This document shows positions 37,177 through 49,800 of a stretch of DNA of 64,000 nucleotides, one piece after another. The notes under the pieces are model-generated. The model was not told where the DNA came from. It worked only from the letters and a program-made list of their open reading frames with translations, and ran no database searches. The stretch spans positions 1 through 64,000 of the forward strand of contig JAQGDQ010000085.1 in NCBI GenBank assembly GCA_030141605.1, given 5' to 3'. Origin of the DNA: Tubiluchus corallicola. Lineage: Eukaryota > Animalia > Priapulida. Numbering within the stretch: the first letter of the stretch is position 1; each line of letters begins with the position of its first letter. The translations under genes were made by a program, and so were the position numbers.

Positions 37177-37525
37177 TAGATCTTTTCATGCTAACATCAG
37201 CAGAATCAGGCCTACTCATTTTCAGCAGCATGCGCTTTAAATGGGACGCACTATGGGACGTAAATATTTTTGTTCCTTGCTCATTCAAATAATGTAAGTC
37301 ATTCTTGTAAAACTTGCACTGGATACTTGATTGGCCATTGTTCCACAAGCTATTATGGTTACAGAGAACAATACCTGCAACATCACTAAGCTGTTTTTCA
37401 AGCATTACATTAAACAATTTGACTGAATATATCAGGTTGGTTTTACCACTTGAGTTTATCTGTGAGACAATTAGGCTTTTAAATTTACATTTGAAACTAC
37501 AGACTACTTCTACATAGTTGTTCAT
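37169..37525 (-). CDS. LINE ORF1 SGNH/GDSL esterase-like domain (C-terminal half, truncated by the adjacent LINE)
   Basis: LIVSQI..VKLFNVMLEKQL..IVLCNHNSL..FYKNDLHYLNEQGTKIF resembles the 'DxxHLNxxG' block V of retrotransposon SGNH esterases. Confidence 0.6.
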   Translation of the reverse strand: MNNYVEVVCSFKCKFKSLIVSQINSSGKTNLIYSVKLFNVMLEKQLSDVAGIVLCNHNSLWNNGQSSIQCKFYKNDLHYLNEQGTKIFTSHSASHLKRMLLKMSRPDSADVSMKRSNG

Positions 37526-37742
37526 ATAATTGTTTATTGATTTGATTTGATTTAATTTGATTTACTTCTTTATTTCAAACTTTCGTTCATATATATATAT
37601 ACAACAAGAATACAAGTTAATAAACGACACAAAGCACACAATGTAAACACAACACAAAAACAAAATTACAAAAAATAAAAATGATAATTATAATAACATT
37701 TCGCATTGCTTCAATCATTACATCAATGAATATGTAAAAAAA

Positions 37743-40610
37743 TTAAGCATACAATTTTATTCTCCAAATCTTTCTTATACTGGAAGTAAATAAAGCATCA
37801 CTAGCGAATATCGTTCTACACAACAAGTTTTTACTGTTTGAAATTCTAGTATCCAGACTGTAAATGCTTTTCCTGTAAATAACATCAAAGTACACTAATT
37901 TATGCGTCACAGAAATGTTCCTGGCACTGTGATCGAACTGGTAATTGAAAAATTTTCGCACTGATTTATTATGAGCAACCTTAAGTTTGTTCAGATTATA
38001 ATTATGAAAATGCCGCCAGGTGGCTATACAGTAGAAGCTATTACAATAAGTATTGAATAGACGTGTTTTTACACCATTGGTGCAACAGTAAAATTTACGG
38101 CATAGCTTATTTGCTCGAGAGTAATAAATGCCTACTTGTCGTATGATATCTAGATCGTCTCTGTTGTCCCTAGAAATGATGTGACCAAGATATTTTTCAT
38201 TATCACAAGGCTCAATAACCGATCCAGCTAACTTAACTGTTCCGAACTCAAAGTTGCTCATAATGGAAGACGTTATAGTCAGAAGCTTAGTTTTGTCAAC
38301 ATTAATTAAAATATCAAATTTTGCTGCATAATCAACATATATATCACATAATTTCTTCAGAGCAGTTGTCGTGGTACTTAATAGGCAAATATCGTCAGCA
38401 TATGTCAAATGATTGTAATAAATATCTGCAATTTGACATCCAAGATTACTAGAGGCTAGATTTTCACTAAGTTCTCTAAAGTAGAAATTAAACAGAAGAG
38501 GGGACATCTTTCCTCCCTGTCGTACACCATTGCCAACTTTAAAAATCTCAGAGTTATAATTGCCCCATCTCACCAGCATGCATTGATGGGTGTAATAAAA
38601 AACAAGTAAACGAACAACAATATTTGGAATCTCAGTTTCAATGAGTTTTAAAAACAGTTTAAAATAATTAATTCTATCGAAGGCTTTGGAGGCGTCTAAA
38701 AACATTATATGTACAGTACTCTGGCGGTCTATATAATAGTCTACTACTTCTTTTAACATGTTAATACATAACTCAGTACCCAAGTTCTCCACATAACCAA
38801 ACTGGTTGGGTGTGGCAGGTAAACAGTCGGCATAACGAGTCAATACAACAATTTCTAAAAGTTTACTAGAAACAGAAGATAACGCGATGGGTCTGAAGTT
38901 ATTTCTGTCTGTTATATCTCTATTTTTGTCTTTAATAAGTGGCACAATTACTGATAACATTAGTGAGTCTGGTAAGAAACAATGAGTGATACAAGAGTTA
39001 TAAAACAATGCGAACAAAATTGGTAACACGTGAGAGGCATATCTAAAATGCTCTGACTTGAGACTGTCTGGTCCAGCTGACCTATTCAATGCTAGCTTTT
39101 TAATGGCTTGCTGTACCTCAACTCCCGTAAATTTGTTAATTGCATTGACGTTTCCAGATAGTGCTTCACGTAATTTATTGGCAAGATTGCTGTTATCAAC
39201 AGAGTTAAGAAGATTCTGATAATGATCACCCCACATGTCACAAATTGCCTTTTCGCCTACTACGTCGCCAATTTTTGGTGGAAGTGGCATTTTTGAATTA
39301 GTTTCTTTTTTGATCTGAGCCCAGAACTGATATGAGCTGCAGTTCATAAGTCTATATGCAATTTTATCGGCAATAATGCTTTGTTCCTGACGCTTACATT
39401 CACGCAAAGCTTGTTTAAATTGTGCGCGTGCACGAAACACAACATTGGCTAAATGCCCAGAACGAGGTTTGCCGTTCAAGTACCAGTTACGGTAGCATTG
39501 GCGCAGAAACTTATGCTTATCAGCAACAAGCTCATTCCAGCCAGGAATTATTTTCTTTTTAATGTCGGGTTGTTTGCTGCCTGGAATAGTACAATTTGCA
39601 GCATAACTGAGTATCCATACTATATTGTCATAGTATTCTGTAAGCTGCAATTTATGATTGGTGTTGTGGCAGTTTATATCTTCGCAAAGAAGTGCGTCAT
39701 ACGGTACTGCAAGTTTAGACAACAAATCTTGCGTCATTGACGTGTAATCGAACAGGTGGTTGCTGCTAGCTTTATCCCAATCTACCTGATGCCGCGATAA
39801 ACTTTTAGTGGACTTAGAAAGCACAGCGCCATCGCAGACATCAGCAGCAGTAATGAAATTGTCATTACTAGAGGCAGATATCATGTTTTCCGTATCAATA
39901 TTCATTAACATTGGCATATGATCAGAAGTAGTAAGATCATAATTTACACTAATTGATCTAATTAATGTGTCAGCAGCTTCGGTACTGACCACGTGATCTA
40001 GCCACGTAGTAGTGTTGTGGGCTACACTAACAAATGTAAAGGTTGAGTTGGGCAGCCTACTAGTATCGGATATCACATAATTATTGACGCTACAAATATT
40101 ATTTAATTCTGTAAAATTTTGTCTAGACGGATGTGAATTAAAATCACCAATACAATAAATGTAACTAGAGACAGTGTCTTCTATAATGGAATTTAGGTTA
40201 CCTAAACATTGTCTAAATTCATGGGGAAAGTAGACATTAAAAATTGTTACAGGCATTAACTTATCTTGAAATATTAAAGATATCGCCATAATACTATACT
40301 GATTATCATTGATAAGTATTTTCCAGTCCACGGGAAGATCCTTCCTCCACAAGATACCCAGTCCGCCTTGCGGCCTTCCCTCGGGCATTCCAGCAGATAG
40401 ATCAGTAGGTGATACACCACGACCGTAGAAATTTGGATGGAAATATGACAGATAATCCAGTTCTTGCTTAGGGAGCATTGTCTCTTGAAGACAAATTACG
40501 TCACTAATTTTACATAGTTCGTGCAGAACGTACTGAGATTCTGGATGCATAATAGAGTTGCAATTGTAGCTGGCCACTCGAATAGTTTGTTCTGTTGTTG
40601 GGTGGTTCAT
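37743..40610 (-). CDS. LINE ORF2: apurinic-like endonuclease + reverse transcriptase (955 aa)
   Basis: SYNCNS, CLQET, IGDFN, WLDH, SDH (APE); FRPIAL, NQFG, FLDASKAFD, GVRQGGKMSP, YADD, KYLG (RT); no stops. Confidence 0.97.
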   Translation of the reverse strand: MNHPTTEQTIRVASYNCNSIMHPESQYVLHELCKISDVICLQETMLPKQELDYLSYFHPNFYGRGVSPTDLSAGMPEGRPQGGLGILWRKDLPVDWKILINDNQYSIMAISLIFQDKLMPVTIFNVYFPHEFRQCLGNLNSIIEDTVSSYIYCIGDFNSHPSRQNFTELNNICSVNNYVISDTSRLPNSTFTFVSVAHNTTTWLDHVVSTEAADTLIRSISVNYDLTTSDHMPMLMNIDTENMISASSNDNFITAADVCDGAVLSKSTKSLSRHQVDWDKASSNHLFDYTSMTQDLLSKLAVPYDALLCEDINCHNTNHKLQLTEYYDNIVWILSYAANCTIPGSKQPDIKKKIIPGWNELVADKHKFLRQCYRNWYLNGKPRSGHLANVVFRARAQFKQALRECKRQEQSIIADKIAYRLMNCSSYQFWAQIKKETNSKMPLPPKIGDVVGEKAICDMWGDHYQNLLNSVDNSNLANKLREALSGNVNAINKFTGVEVQQAIKKLALNRSAGPDSLKSEHFRYASHVLPILFALFYNSCITHCFLPDSLMLSVIVPLIKDKNRDITDRNNFRPIALSSVSSKLLEIVVLTRYADCLPATPNQFGYVENLGTELCINMLKEVVDYYIDRQSTVHIMFLDASKAFDRINYFKLFLKLIETEIPNIVVRLLVFYYTHQCMLVRWGNYNSEIFKVGNGVRQGGKMSPLLFNFYFRELSENLASSNLGCQIADIYYNHLTYADDICLLSTTTTALKKLCDIYVDYAAKFDILINVDKTKLLTITSSIMSNFEFGTVKLAGSVIEPCDNEKYLGHIISRDNRDDLDIIRQVGIYYSRANKLCRKFYCCTNGVKTRLFNTYCNSFYCIATWRHFHNYNLNKLKVAHNKSVRKFFNYQFDHSARNISVTHKLVYFDVIYRKSIYSLDTRISNSKNLLCRTIFASDALFTSSIRKIWRIKLYA

Positions 40611-40618
40611 ACTGCAGG

Positions 40619-41000
40619 TTAAATTCTGTCCACAGTGGAAGCTATGGAACTCGTAGAACCCCAGGACTGCATTTTTGACTGTTCTAAAGCCGAGTTCACA
40701 TGCAATGTTGCAGTACTGATAGGCTCGTTCAATCCAGGTGTTTGTCTCATGTCGTCAGTAGATGTTGCTGTCTTACTATCTTTCTTTGGTGCAGCGGTTT
40801 TTGCAGGGTAATACGTTTTCAGTAGCACCCCAGCTGGCCAGATCTCCGGATTCATTATCTGGTCCTTCTCTTCGTTACCGAAGCAGCTAACCACAAATGA
40901 GCTATACGTATTGTACTTCGTCTGCAGCTGTTTTACAGTCACCTTAATGTCGCATTGGTCTATAATTAACCGTTCTATGTCACCAGTGTTAGTGTCCGGA
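40619..41000 (-). CDS. LINE ORF1 C-terminal remnant
   Basis: VKQLQTKYNTYSSFVV..IMNPEIWPAGVLLKTYY, a common LINE ORF1 motif; stop lies 8 nt before the ORF2 ATG. Confidence 0.75.
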
Positions 41001-41015
41001 TCCAGTCGCTCCAGA

Positions 41016-41196
<181 letters not shown>

Positions 41197-43625
41197 AAAT
41201 AACCCAATTAAAAATAGTCAAATAGTCTAGATTCAATTTAGTTTTCTGGATGAGTTCAAATTTTTCTCTAAAATTATGTTTCGCATACACACAAGTGACA
41301 ATGAGAGCAAAACGCATTAAGTTTTCCAACAATGAAGGCAAAAAGAGAAAATAACTGCAAAAAAACAACAATGACAGTGACAACGACAACGACAACAACA
41401 ATGGAAAGGATTCAGGACATGCAGGTCTGTTCAAATTCCCAACTACTGAGACGTAGTATCGGATTTTCTCTTTACTGACATTTATCTCTGCCCTCAAGGG
41501 CCAGAAACTAATTATTATAGATTGGGCAACGTAAATCTGTTAGTGGTAAATATTGTTTCTACGATTATCGCCGCCCAGGCTTGCGTCTAGCCTGGATTGC
41601 GCCCAATTAAGCTGATTATGCTGAGCTCCATGCCATGCTATACACTCTTTCAAGTCAATAATCGTCATCATTAAGATGGTCGAACACGCTGGCGGTAGAA
41701 CTTCGAGACACAGTCTGTATAGATATAAATTTACTGTTTATAAAAACTAGATTATGGATAGTATCATCACACAAAAATGCATATATATTGTTGTGTTACC
41801 TTATGGTACGTTACGTTAAATTGCATTTTATAGTATATATATATATTTACATATGTTTGTGTATGTATGTATGTATATTTGTGTGTGATACTATCCATAT
41901 TCTAATTTTTATAAATATAGCCTACTTTAAATTTGAAAAAGGCTTAAAATTCAAAAGGCATTCGATTTTGCAGCACAGCAGAGTTTGTGCAGTGTATTAG
42001 CTGTTAGTGATGTTAATGCTCGTAATTTTTTTGGGACAAGTGCTCAAATAAGCACGGGCGTATTTTACATGAAGCAATGCTAAATTGCGGAACATTTGAA
42101 ATTATAGCACCTAGTGAGCTAACTTTCCAGTCTGTGCTCAGACACAGTGTAATTCAGAATTGTTTCTCTTTGAAATTAGACTTCATAGAGAATTTCTGGG
42201 TATGCATGTGTTTTCTTTTTTTTGCTGGCTGGCTGGCAAAATGTTAGCGTCAAGTTGTCAGATCAAATAAATTTGCAAAGAAGCCGTGAGCAAGCGGCTT
42301 AAAAACTTGAAAAATCTTAACTTAATTTTATGCCAACTTGTGCGATTTTACCCATCGGCCCTTACACGTGGTTCTCTGAGTCTGTGGTTGTGAAACGAAA
42401 TGCTAAAAAAATTAGCTAGATACGTTGCTTTAATTTCAGTTTTATCTTGAGAACTACTTCCGTCAAAAACTGAGTGAAAATTCCATGGGTCTTACTCTCA
42501 GTAGCTGTAGATTAATACAAGAAATAATTTCGAGCTTCGGAGATCGAATTTCATTTCGCTCCTGTCTCTAGTAACTTCTTCTATTCAAAGCTAAATGTCG
42601 TCTGGGCTGAAACGTGGCCTATGTTTTAAAAATTAAAACGTCGAGTTCGGAGATCAGACCTACCTGTCGCTCCCGTCCCGGGCGCTGTACACAGTTACAA
42701 CTGGATTCAGCACAGTGTAGATCATAGCTTACCTTTATTACCTATTCTGTGGTTCTCCAGTTCACAGCTGGCTGCACGACGCGCCTTGCGACTTACAACA
42801 GTGAAGGACTGATCGTTGAAAGGATTAGCCCTTACTGAGGCAACAGTTGCTTGACTGAAGAAGCAAGGATTCACTCCAACTCTACCCTTCCCAATTAACT
42901 TAGTTTTACCAAAATATGTATATATGAGTAATCAACTTGTAAAACAACAACTTGCGGCGTCTTGTTCCGTGTTTGTTGCAAGTTTGTAAGTTATTTGCCG
43001 CGTTGGTATCAGGTTGCTACGGAAGCCAAGTCAAGGTTGAAAATTGTGACATCTATCGGCAATCTTGGAAATGTGTGTCAGTATCTAGCTCGATTTTCAC
43101 ATGTTAGCAAAAATTGAAAAATTATTCCAACTTTTTGTTAGAGTGCTAAAATGCAAGAAATTTGATTGTTCCATTCCGTAGACGATCCTTATATTAACTG
43201 TCCGAGTTATATTAGTCCCACCGACATTTTTAATCATGATTATAAAAAGAAATATAGCGTAGTTAGTTAGCTAGTTTAGGATACTACATTGATATGTAAG
43301 ATAAATTTTGACTACACTTGAACTAAGACATCGTGGACATCTTATTGAGGTTTGCAAAATGCTAGCCAGGGAAGAAAACGTTTTGCCTGAAAATTTCTCT
43401 AATTAGCTTGTTGATTCAGATACCAGAGAACATCGTTTAAAACTTTTTAAGGAGCGCTCATTTCGACATTGGTAAATATTTTTACTGTGAAATTTTCGAC
43501 AATGTTTTCGATAATGTTTTCGACAATTTATTATAAGAGTAGTGAATAGTGAAATAATTGTCTGCCATGGTGATCACCGCACAAATTCCAGTAAAGTGTA
43601 AATCTTTAACATGACACGACATGAG

Positions 43626-43766
43626 TAACATAACATAACATAATATAGCATAGCATAACACAATATAACATAACTTAATTTACCGTAACGTAACAATAAA
43701 TAACATAACACAACACAGCACAACACAACACAACATAACAAAACGAAATACAACACAACATAGCAT
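43626..43766. repeat. (CATAA/CAACA)n pentanucleotide repeat
   Basis: Direct reading; imperfect. Confidence 0.85.
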
Positions 43767-44203
43767 AATGTAGGAGTTTGCTATAGCCATGGATAGGAAA
43801 CTTTGTGATAGCTTTGTGACATCCATGGTTGGAAACTTTAAATTTTGTACCTAATCACTACACATTAATTTAATTTCCTAGTGTTTGTAATTTACGTGAG
43901 AAAGAATACGAACCCTATGGGAAACCTTGCTGCAGTTTACCTGGTCTAGTTTCGCTTGATCGCATCTACCGTATTTGAGGTAACCAAAACGGTTCTGACG
44001 CTAACGGACGAACCAATATATGAGAGACAATGGGATATATTGTTTTGGTTAATACTGAAAGGTAATTCTAGTTACGATATTAGAATTTAGGATTTATTTA
44101 TTGGCACTTACAGTGACGTAGACACGTAGACTATGTAAATTATTGTGGCTACCATATTGGTATATCATGAGTTCATTGGCAGCTTGATTTCCAATTTTCT
44201 TTT

Positions 44204-44291
<88 letters not shown>
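44204..44291. repeat. (TAA)n microsatellite, possibly a SINE tail
   Basis: Direct reading; lies at the 3' end of the adjacent minus-strand SINE. Confidence 0.95.
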
Positions 44292-44349
44292 GAAAAATAA
44301 TTAACATAAAATTAAAGAACATTTCACCTTTTAGCTTAAAAAAATAACA

Positions 44350-44502
44350 GGCCATTATCACCTCGCTTTTACAGCAAATATCACGTCCCAGGTAGAGCAG
44401 CAAGCAGGTACCATTTTTAAAACCTTTGGTATGTCCTAGCCGCAGTATCGAACTCACGACCTCCCAGACGGAAAGCGGACGCGTTACCACTAGACTATAC
44501 CG
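44350..44502 (-). mobile_element. tRNA-derived SINE with conserved central domain
   Basis: Minus strand: box A TAGTCTAGTGGTA, box B GAGTTCGATACT, then CATACCAAAGGTTTTAAAAATGGTACCTGCTTGC. Confidence 0.75.
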
Positions 44503-44929
44503 TCTACTAATTTTTTAGCTAATTGACCACGACGTTCATTTTGTGATAAATTCTCACTCTGTAATAACGGTTTTTAGTCTGCATTTGAGGCATGTACCGT
44601 TTTCTTTTGCTACTATATTGACTTTAGAGCAGAGATGCAAAATCCAGACCGGTACATATACAAAAGGGCGAGGTAATAGCTGTAAACTTTGATGCCACTA
44701 AAATTCTTATGAAACGGTGGCTCATACACCAAAGTGTCAATTCGTTCCTGACTTTCTGTTCTAACTAATATTAGTTTCTTAATACATTTTTAAATGATAT
44801 AAACACATAAAACCCGAAAGATGGCAACAGCAAAACGACAAAGGGGAAAATAACATGAACGTAGTTCATTAACTACAGTAATATAGACAATATTGAATTA
44901 TATGTTACCTAGATTTCTTTTTCTTCTGT

Positions 44930-45310
44930 TGCTTTAAGCATGTATTGTAGTCATAGACCCTCTATCTTTTATTAGAGCACTCCACTGTTTCCTGTCTGCA
45001 GCTAAAAGTTTCAATTCCTGTGATGCTATTGTTAGGTTTGGCCTCAACTGTTCTAAATCTTTATTAATTTTTGATGTCCAGGCAGTTTTTGGTTTGCCTG
45101 ACGGTCGCTTCTGTGCCTCATTTAAGGCTGATTTCACTGGTGTTGTTTCTGGTAATCTCATATTACCCATCTTACCCTTTAGATGTATTAAAGAGTCACA
45201 GCCTTGTTTAGAGGTATAGTTTCTTGCTGGTTAGAATTGATTTATTTTGGCTGCCCGTTGTTTCCTGTTTTTGATATCATCTTCTGTGTTAAGTACAATA
45301 CCTTTAAAAC
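44930..45310 (-). mobile_element. RTE-like LINE 3' fragment
   Basis: RLPETTPVKSAL..KRPSGKPKTAW..INKDL..AADRKQWSALI, a typical RTE C-terminus. Confidence 0.75.
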
Positions 45311-46279
45311 ATAGATTTAATGGCTTTTTTGTCACGTATATCATTCATGTAATGCAATAACAACAGGTGGAATGAGGAGCTATAGAAATTAGTAGGAAAC
45401 TGTGATGCAACTTACAAAAACAAATTAGGTAAATTTGCTCAATTTATAAGCGCGGCTTTTTCGTGTAAATGTAATTTGATGCCACTATACCAGTTTAAGC
45501 GTAAATTTAGACGATTATGTGCCATTAAATAACCATGTTTTCCTGAGATAGAAAATACAACTAAGTCTTTCTTACTTTATCTTTTACAGAAAATAAACTA
45601 ATTTGCAACTGTTCAATGGCATGCATGGCTGGAGTCATGGGAAATGAAACAAATCGTCTGCTTTAAACCACTCATAACAATGGGGGACTAAATTTAACTG
45701 TTCTTCTAAAAAGTCGAGTCGAAAATCCATCCTTTTAGCTAGCTGTTAGAAGTAAAATGTCGACAATTTTGCCTTTTATTGTCTGTTGTTGTATCTTCAA
45801 AAATTACCTGTAAAGCAGAACAAGATAATCGATAAACTGTTAAATGGTTATCTTCGTTTTTCTTCTGTTAATTAGTTTGACACGTTCTATTTGTCATTGT
45901 TGCGAATATGAAACCTAAAAATAAAGTGTTCGTTATTTTTTAGTTTTAGTGTTAATGTTCCTTATTTATTTATTATATATTACGTATTCGAATGGTATAA
46001 CACATATTATACCATTTACCATAAGTTAAACGGATTTAATGTATTCTTAGAAAATAGCATAATATACAATGCAGGGACAAATGACAGGCGACAATAACAA
46101 GATTATAACGATAAAATAATTATACAATTACACAGTAATGCAATTATCCAAATACAACCAAATAATAAATTATAATTACATAAAAGTTTTTTTAGTGCAC
46201 TAGATGCCACATATAGGCTTTTTGTGTTTATCCTGTGACGTTTCTACAGAAACAGTAACAGAAGTCACATGGTTAAAAG

Positions 46280-46830
46280 ACACTTTTTTCCAAAGTCCCA
46301 TTCCGTCTGTTGTAGACATTGAGGTATTACCATTTGTTAGAGCATTGCGTACACTACAATCTGCAATTAACGGTGTGTGCTCTTCTACTCCTAAAGATAG
46401 ATTTGGTTGAAACTGTTGAACATCGTTATTTATATTAGCTTGCAAGTTGTTTTTGGTTTGCCATGTGGTTTTTGGCAAGATTTTAAGGTTTTCTTTAAGG
46501 AGATTCTTACTGGTGTGTCACCTGGTAATCTTAGAAGGTAACATAATCATCTCAATTTTCGGAACCAGACTTTTGTACTCTAAGGAATTTATTTGGTTCA
46601 GGTATGTTAATCTTCATTTTTGATTATATAAGGTCATCTATCTCAAAACTTTCCTTAGAAGACTTCTGTGAAGCGTCAACTCACTTTTCTTGAATTATCA
46701 GAAAACCCTATGTTTCACTGTTGTATATAAATATGCTGGTATGCTGGTATATATGCATTAAATAGTCGAAGTCTTGTGGTTAGACTTATTTCTTGCCAAT
46801 TAATACATTCTTGCGTTGAAGAACAGCACA
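46280..46830 (-). mobile_element. RTE-like LINE 3' fragment (related to 44930-45310)
   Basis: LLRLPGDTPVRISL..PKTTW..INNDVQQFQPNL; upstream RLRLFNAYI..LYNSE. Confidence 0.65.
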
Positions 46831-49800
46831 CATTGCAGGACTGGCTGCAAAACTATACCATAAGTCGTCGTTCCTGTAAGGGCGCGTCATAAATCAGAAA
46901 GCGTCAGAGCGATTGGTGACGTCATAACATAAACGGTGTACTTTTACTAAATCACAACCAAAAACAACATGGGTAGCTAAGATAAATAAAGATGTTCAAC
47001 AACTTCTACCAAATCTAGCTTTAGGAGCAGAAGAACTTACGCTGTTAGTTGCAGGTAGGAGTGGGTGGAATACTCTAAAAATGTTAATGCTTCAATGTCT
47101 ACTACAATAAATTCAATGAGACCTTGAAGAATCACCAGTCTGCAGGCCTTAACAGAGATCTGCGTTTTACTGAGCGTGATTCTAGTTACGTTGCATATAT
47201 CAAACTTTGCATCAATTTTTTAATGATGTCGGCTGTACTTATAGTGGTGCTCGGTTGTGGCGCTGCTGATGGCATTGGTGATGATCGTGAAGATCATGAT
47301 CATGATTCTTAAATTTCCTTCATTAGCGTACTTTTGTCTTTACCAAGTAATAAATACAGGGTGTTTCAAAAGTTCCCTCATTATTTAAAAAATCATTAAA
47401 ATAGCAATTACTAGAGGAATCAAATAAATGACAACTTGGTTACCGATTCCAGGTATTGTGAGAACTCTGTTGACAAACTTACGTTCGTAAGTATACTGTA
47501 CTAAATTATACACTAGACTAAGACTAAGTTGCGCTATACGTCTGCTCTAGAGTCACCAGAAAAAACAGTGTAAAACTTAAATTGTAGCGAAACGCTTTTG
47601 AACTACTGAGTAAAAGTTTATCATGAGATCTATTTAGCTGGTTAACTAGCTGCAAAGAAAATTGAAAAACAAAAAATTGCGAGAAATTTCTGAAATACTA
47701 ACTAAAGCAGGCGACATCAAAAAATTTTATGGTGATTTTGGACCTCAGTGAGCGACTTTATATTGTTTCCAATTTCTTGAATATTAATTTTGTATAATAA
47801 GGCATAATTCATTGATCTGTGCGTGCGCCTAAACACATGGTTTCTCCCTCCGTTAAACAGTCAAGCCCCTTTGTATTCTCGCCTCTATTGTCCCCCGATT
47901 TCTCGCTTGAAATAAAGAGAATTATTTATCAAGGGTGGGCCTGCATTGATTTTCACTGAATTCGATTAATTAGTCGCCTTTGTCTGGGAACTTCGTGTGA
48001 TCGGATTTAAGGAGCAGCTTAAGCCAATGTGGTCATGTATAGCCTGCAGGCAATAATGTGTGTATGATACAATGAATGGTCAGCGGTTACTTTTCAACTA
48101 CATGCATATCATAGACAACAAATTAAATTTGCATCACTTATTTTTTACATAATTTTTCGAGGGGTGGGTGGTCTGTAACTATAACTTTGAAACAAGGATT
48201 TCCTGTGATGTTTTGCTTCTTTGGTTACTCGCTTACGAAGTAACTCTGTAAAGAGGTCTGTTTCGTTGTGATGATCTGTTTTTCTTCTCGTTGTTTTTCT
48301 AGGTTTTTATCAACTTTTAATATTGTAAGGTCACAGTAGAGTACCTCCACATTTTAAGTTTTTATAATCCCATGCCTCGCATTCCGGATTAGTTTCTTAG
48401 AAGATGGGTGCTAATGTGATAAGTGAAGCTACGATGCGGAGCTACGAAGTGTAATGCCACCACTCTGACAAATGACAGAAGTCGGGACATAAAAGTTCAA
48501 TGTCAGACATTAAAAGTACGAACATTGGCAGAAAAGTTATACAAATAAGCAACAACGTGATAATAGATGCCTTCATTAATGATATAGTTTTTTCCTAATT
48601 TTTCTGTAGCTCAAAAAAGGTTTTATAATCAAGCAGCACCAACAACACTATAACCAAGCATAAAAATAATAAAGTTACTATAGCAGCAAGTAAGATATCA
48701 TTGACATCTATGACAACAATAATAATAGCAGCAGATCTGTGACAGTAACTACAATAGCGGTAACAACAATAAGAACGACAACAGCAGCAGCAATACCACC
48801 ACCAATAACAGCAACAGCGGCAATAGCCAGTAAAAAACAGATTAAGCGGAAATCTCTGCACCTTTACGGCAATGGCTGTACGTGTAGTAATCACAGTCAT
48901 CAAGGTAATTGCATTGAAATTCTGTCACCATCAGTAGTAGAAAGCCATCATGGAAGCAATCACCCCTGTTAAAACATCAGGCGGGCGTGAGACAAATGAT
49001 GGCTATAATCACCATAATCGCACCTCAATGAAATCATTATTTAGGACTCAGTCACTGAATAAATTACTTAAACCGGAGATTTTACATTTGCCTGCATGCT
49101 TGATGAAGTTATTAACTTGGGCTCTGAGGTGGAGGATTCTGTTTAGTGCATGGATGTAAATGAAAATCAATTGCTGCCAATACATGATTTAAGTTTTATT
49201 TTTTTCAGTGATTATGAATGTATTTTAAAAGCAGATAAAGATTATATATATACAAAATATATATATACATATATATACAAAAGTGAAGCCAGGTAAATAG
49301 TAATCAGCTTGTCATTATCCTAGTATACATTTCTACCAAAATTAAATGAACAGGTGAAAAAATTACTTTAGATTATTCTTTAACTGGGGCTCAACTATTA
49401 CACAGCACAGAATAAGTGCGATGAATATTAGAAACCAATGTTTTCCTGTTTGCTTTCTGGTGAACCAATAGATGAACGAACTAGCATTAGTTGGTCGTTA
49501 TAAGGGATGAGCTTTGGGCTGATCACAGGGGATACGCTAGCCGTGCTGTGCGTTGCCTTGTAAGCAGATGATCCCTGGTTCAGATCTTGGCTTTATTCCA
49601 ACTTTTCAAATTTCTTGTTTTTCAAGTTTGGTGTCAAAATTTATTTAGATTTTGAATTTGTGGTTTTTCCAATCAAGGAGTTTTACAATAAGCAGCTCTG
49701 TCTTTTGATATGAGCATAAAGAATAACGAAACGTTCACGATTACGCAATAAATTAAATAAAATGTAATGATGCCGGGGTATCGCTTCCAATAAAAGTAAC

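Larger units (their letters stand above)
30820..37525 (-). mobile_element. Old, decayed L2/CR1-group LINE (esterase ORF1, 2A-like peptide, APE, RT) interrupted by several insertions
   Basis: Ordered minus-strand motifs: SGNH-like ORF1 (37525-37169), LETNPGP (36578-36558), APE (IIGI.ETW, YKVFRKD, ICVVYRP ~36410-36175; VLMGDTN, PTRITKKTATLIDH, SDH ~35660-35450), PWWAPEL linker (~33540), RT (FLDLSKAFD ~32050, QYADDT ~31870), 3' tail AATAAATGAATTGAATT at ~30820-30837. Confidence 0.85.
37537..41012 (-). mobile_element. Young 5'-truncated LINE (probably RTE-X-like) with intact ORF2
   Basis: ORF1 remnant + 955-aa ORF2 + short 3' UTR with AATAAA and an (AATCA)n tail at 37537-37563; the 5' end abuts a (GA)n tract. 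The clade call rests on GRPxGG, PGWN and GVRQGG motifs and is tentative. Confidence 0.9.

Noticed and set aside
47356-47400. Tc1/mariner-like TIR (TA-CAGGGTGTTTCAAAA)
   Set aside because: No matching opposite end or transposase found in the window.
48595-49159. Thr/Ala/Cys-rich ORFs suggesting an exon
   Set aside because: Degenerate trinucleotide low-complexity sequence, with no splice-supported frame or domain.
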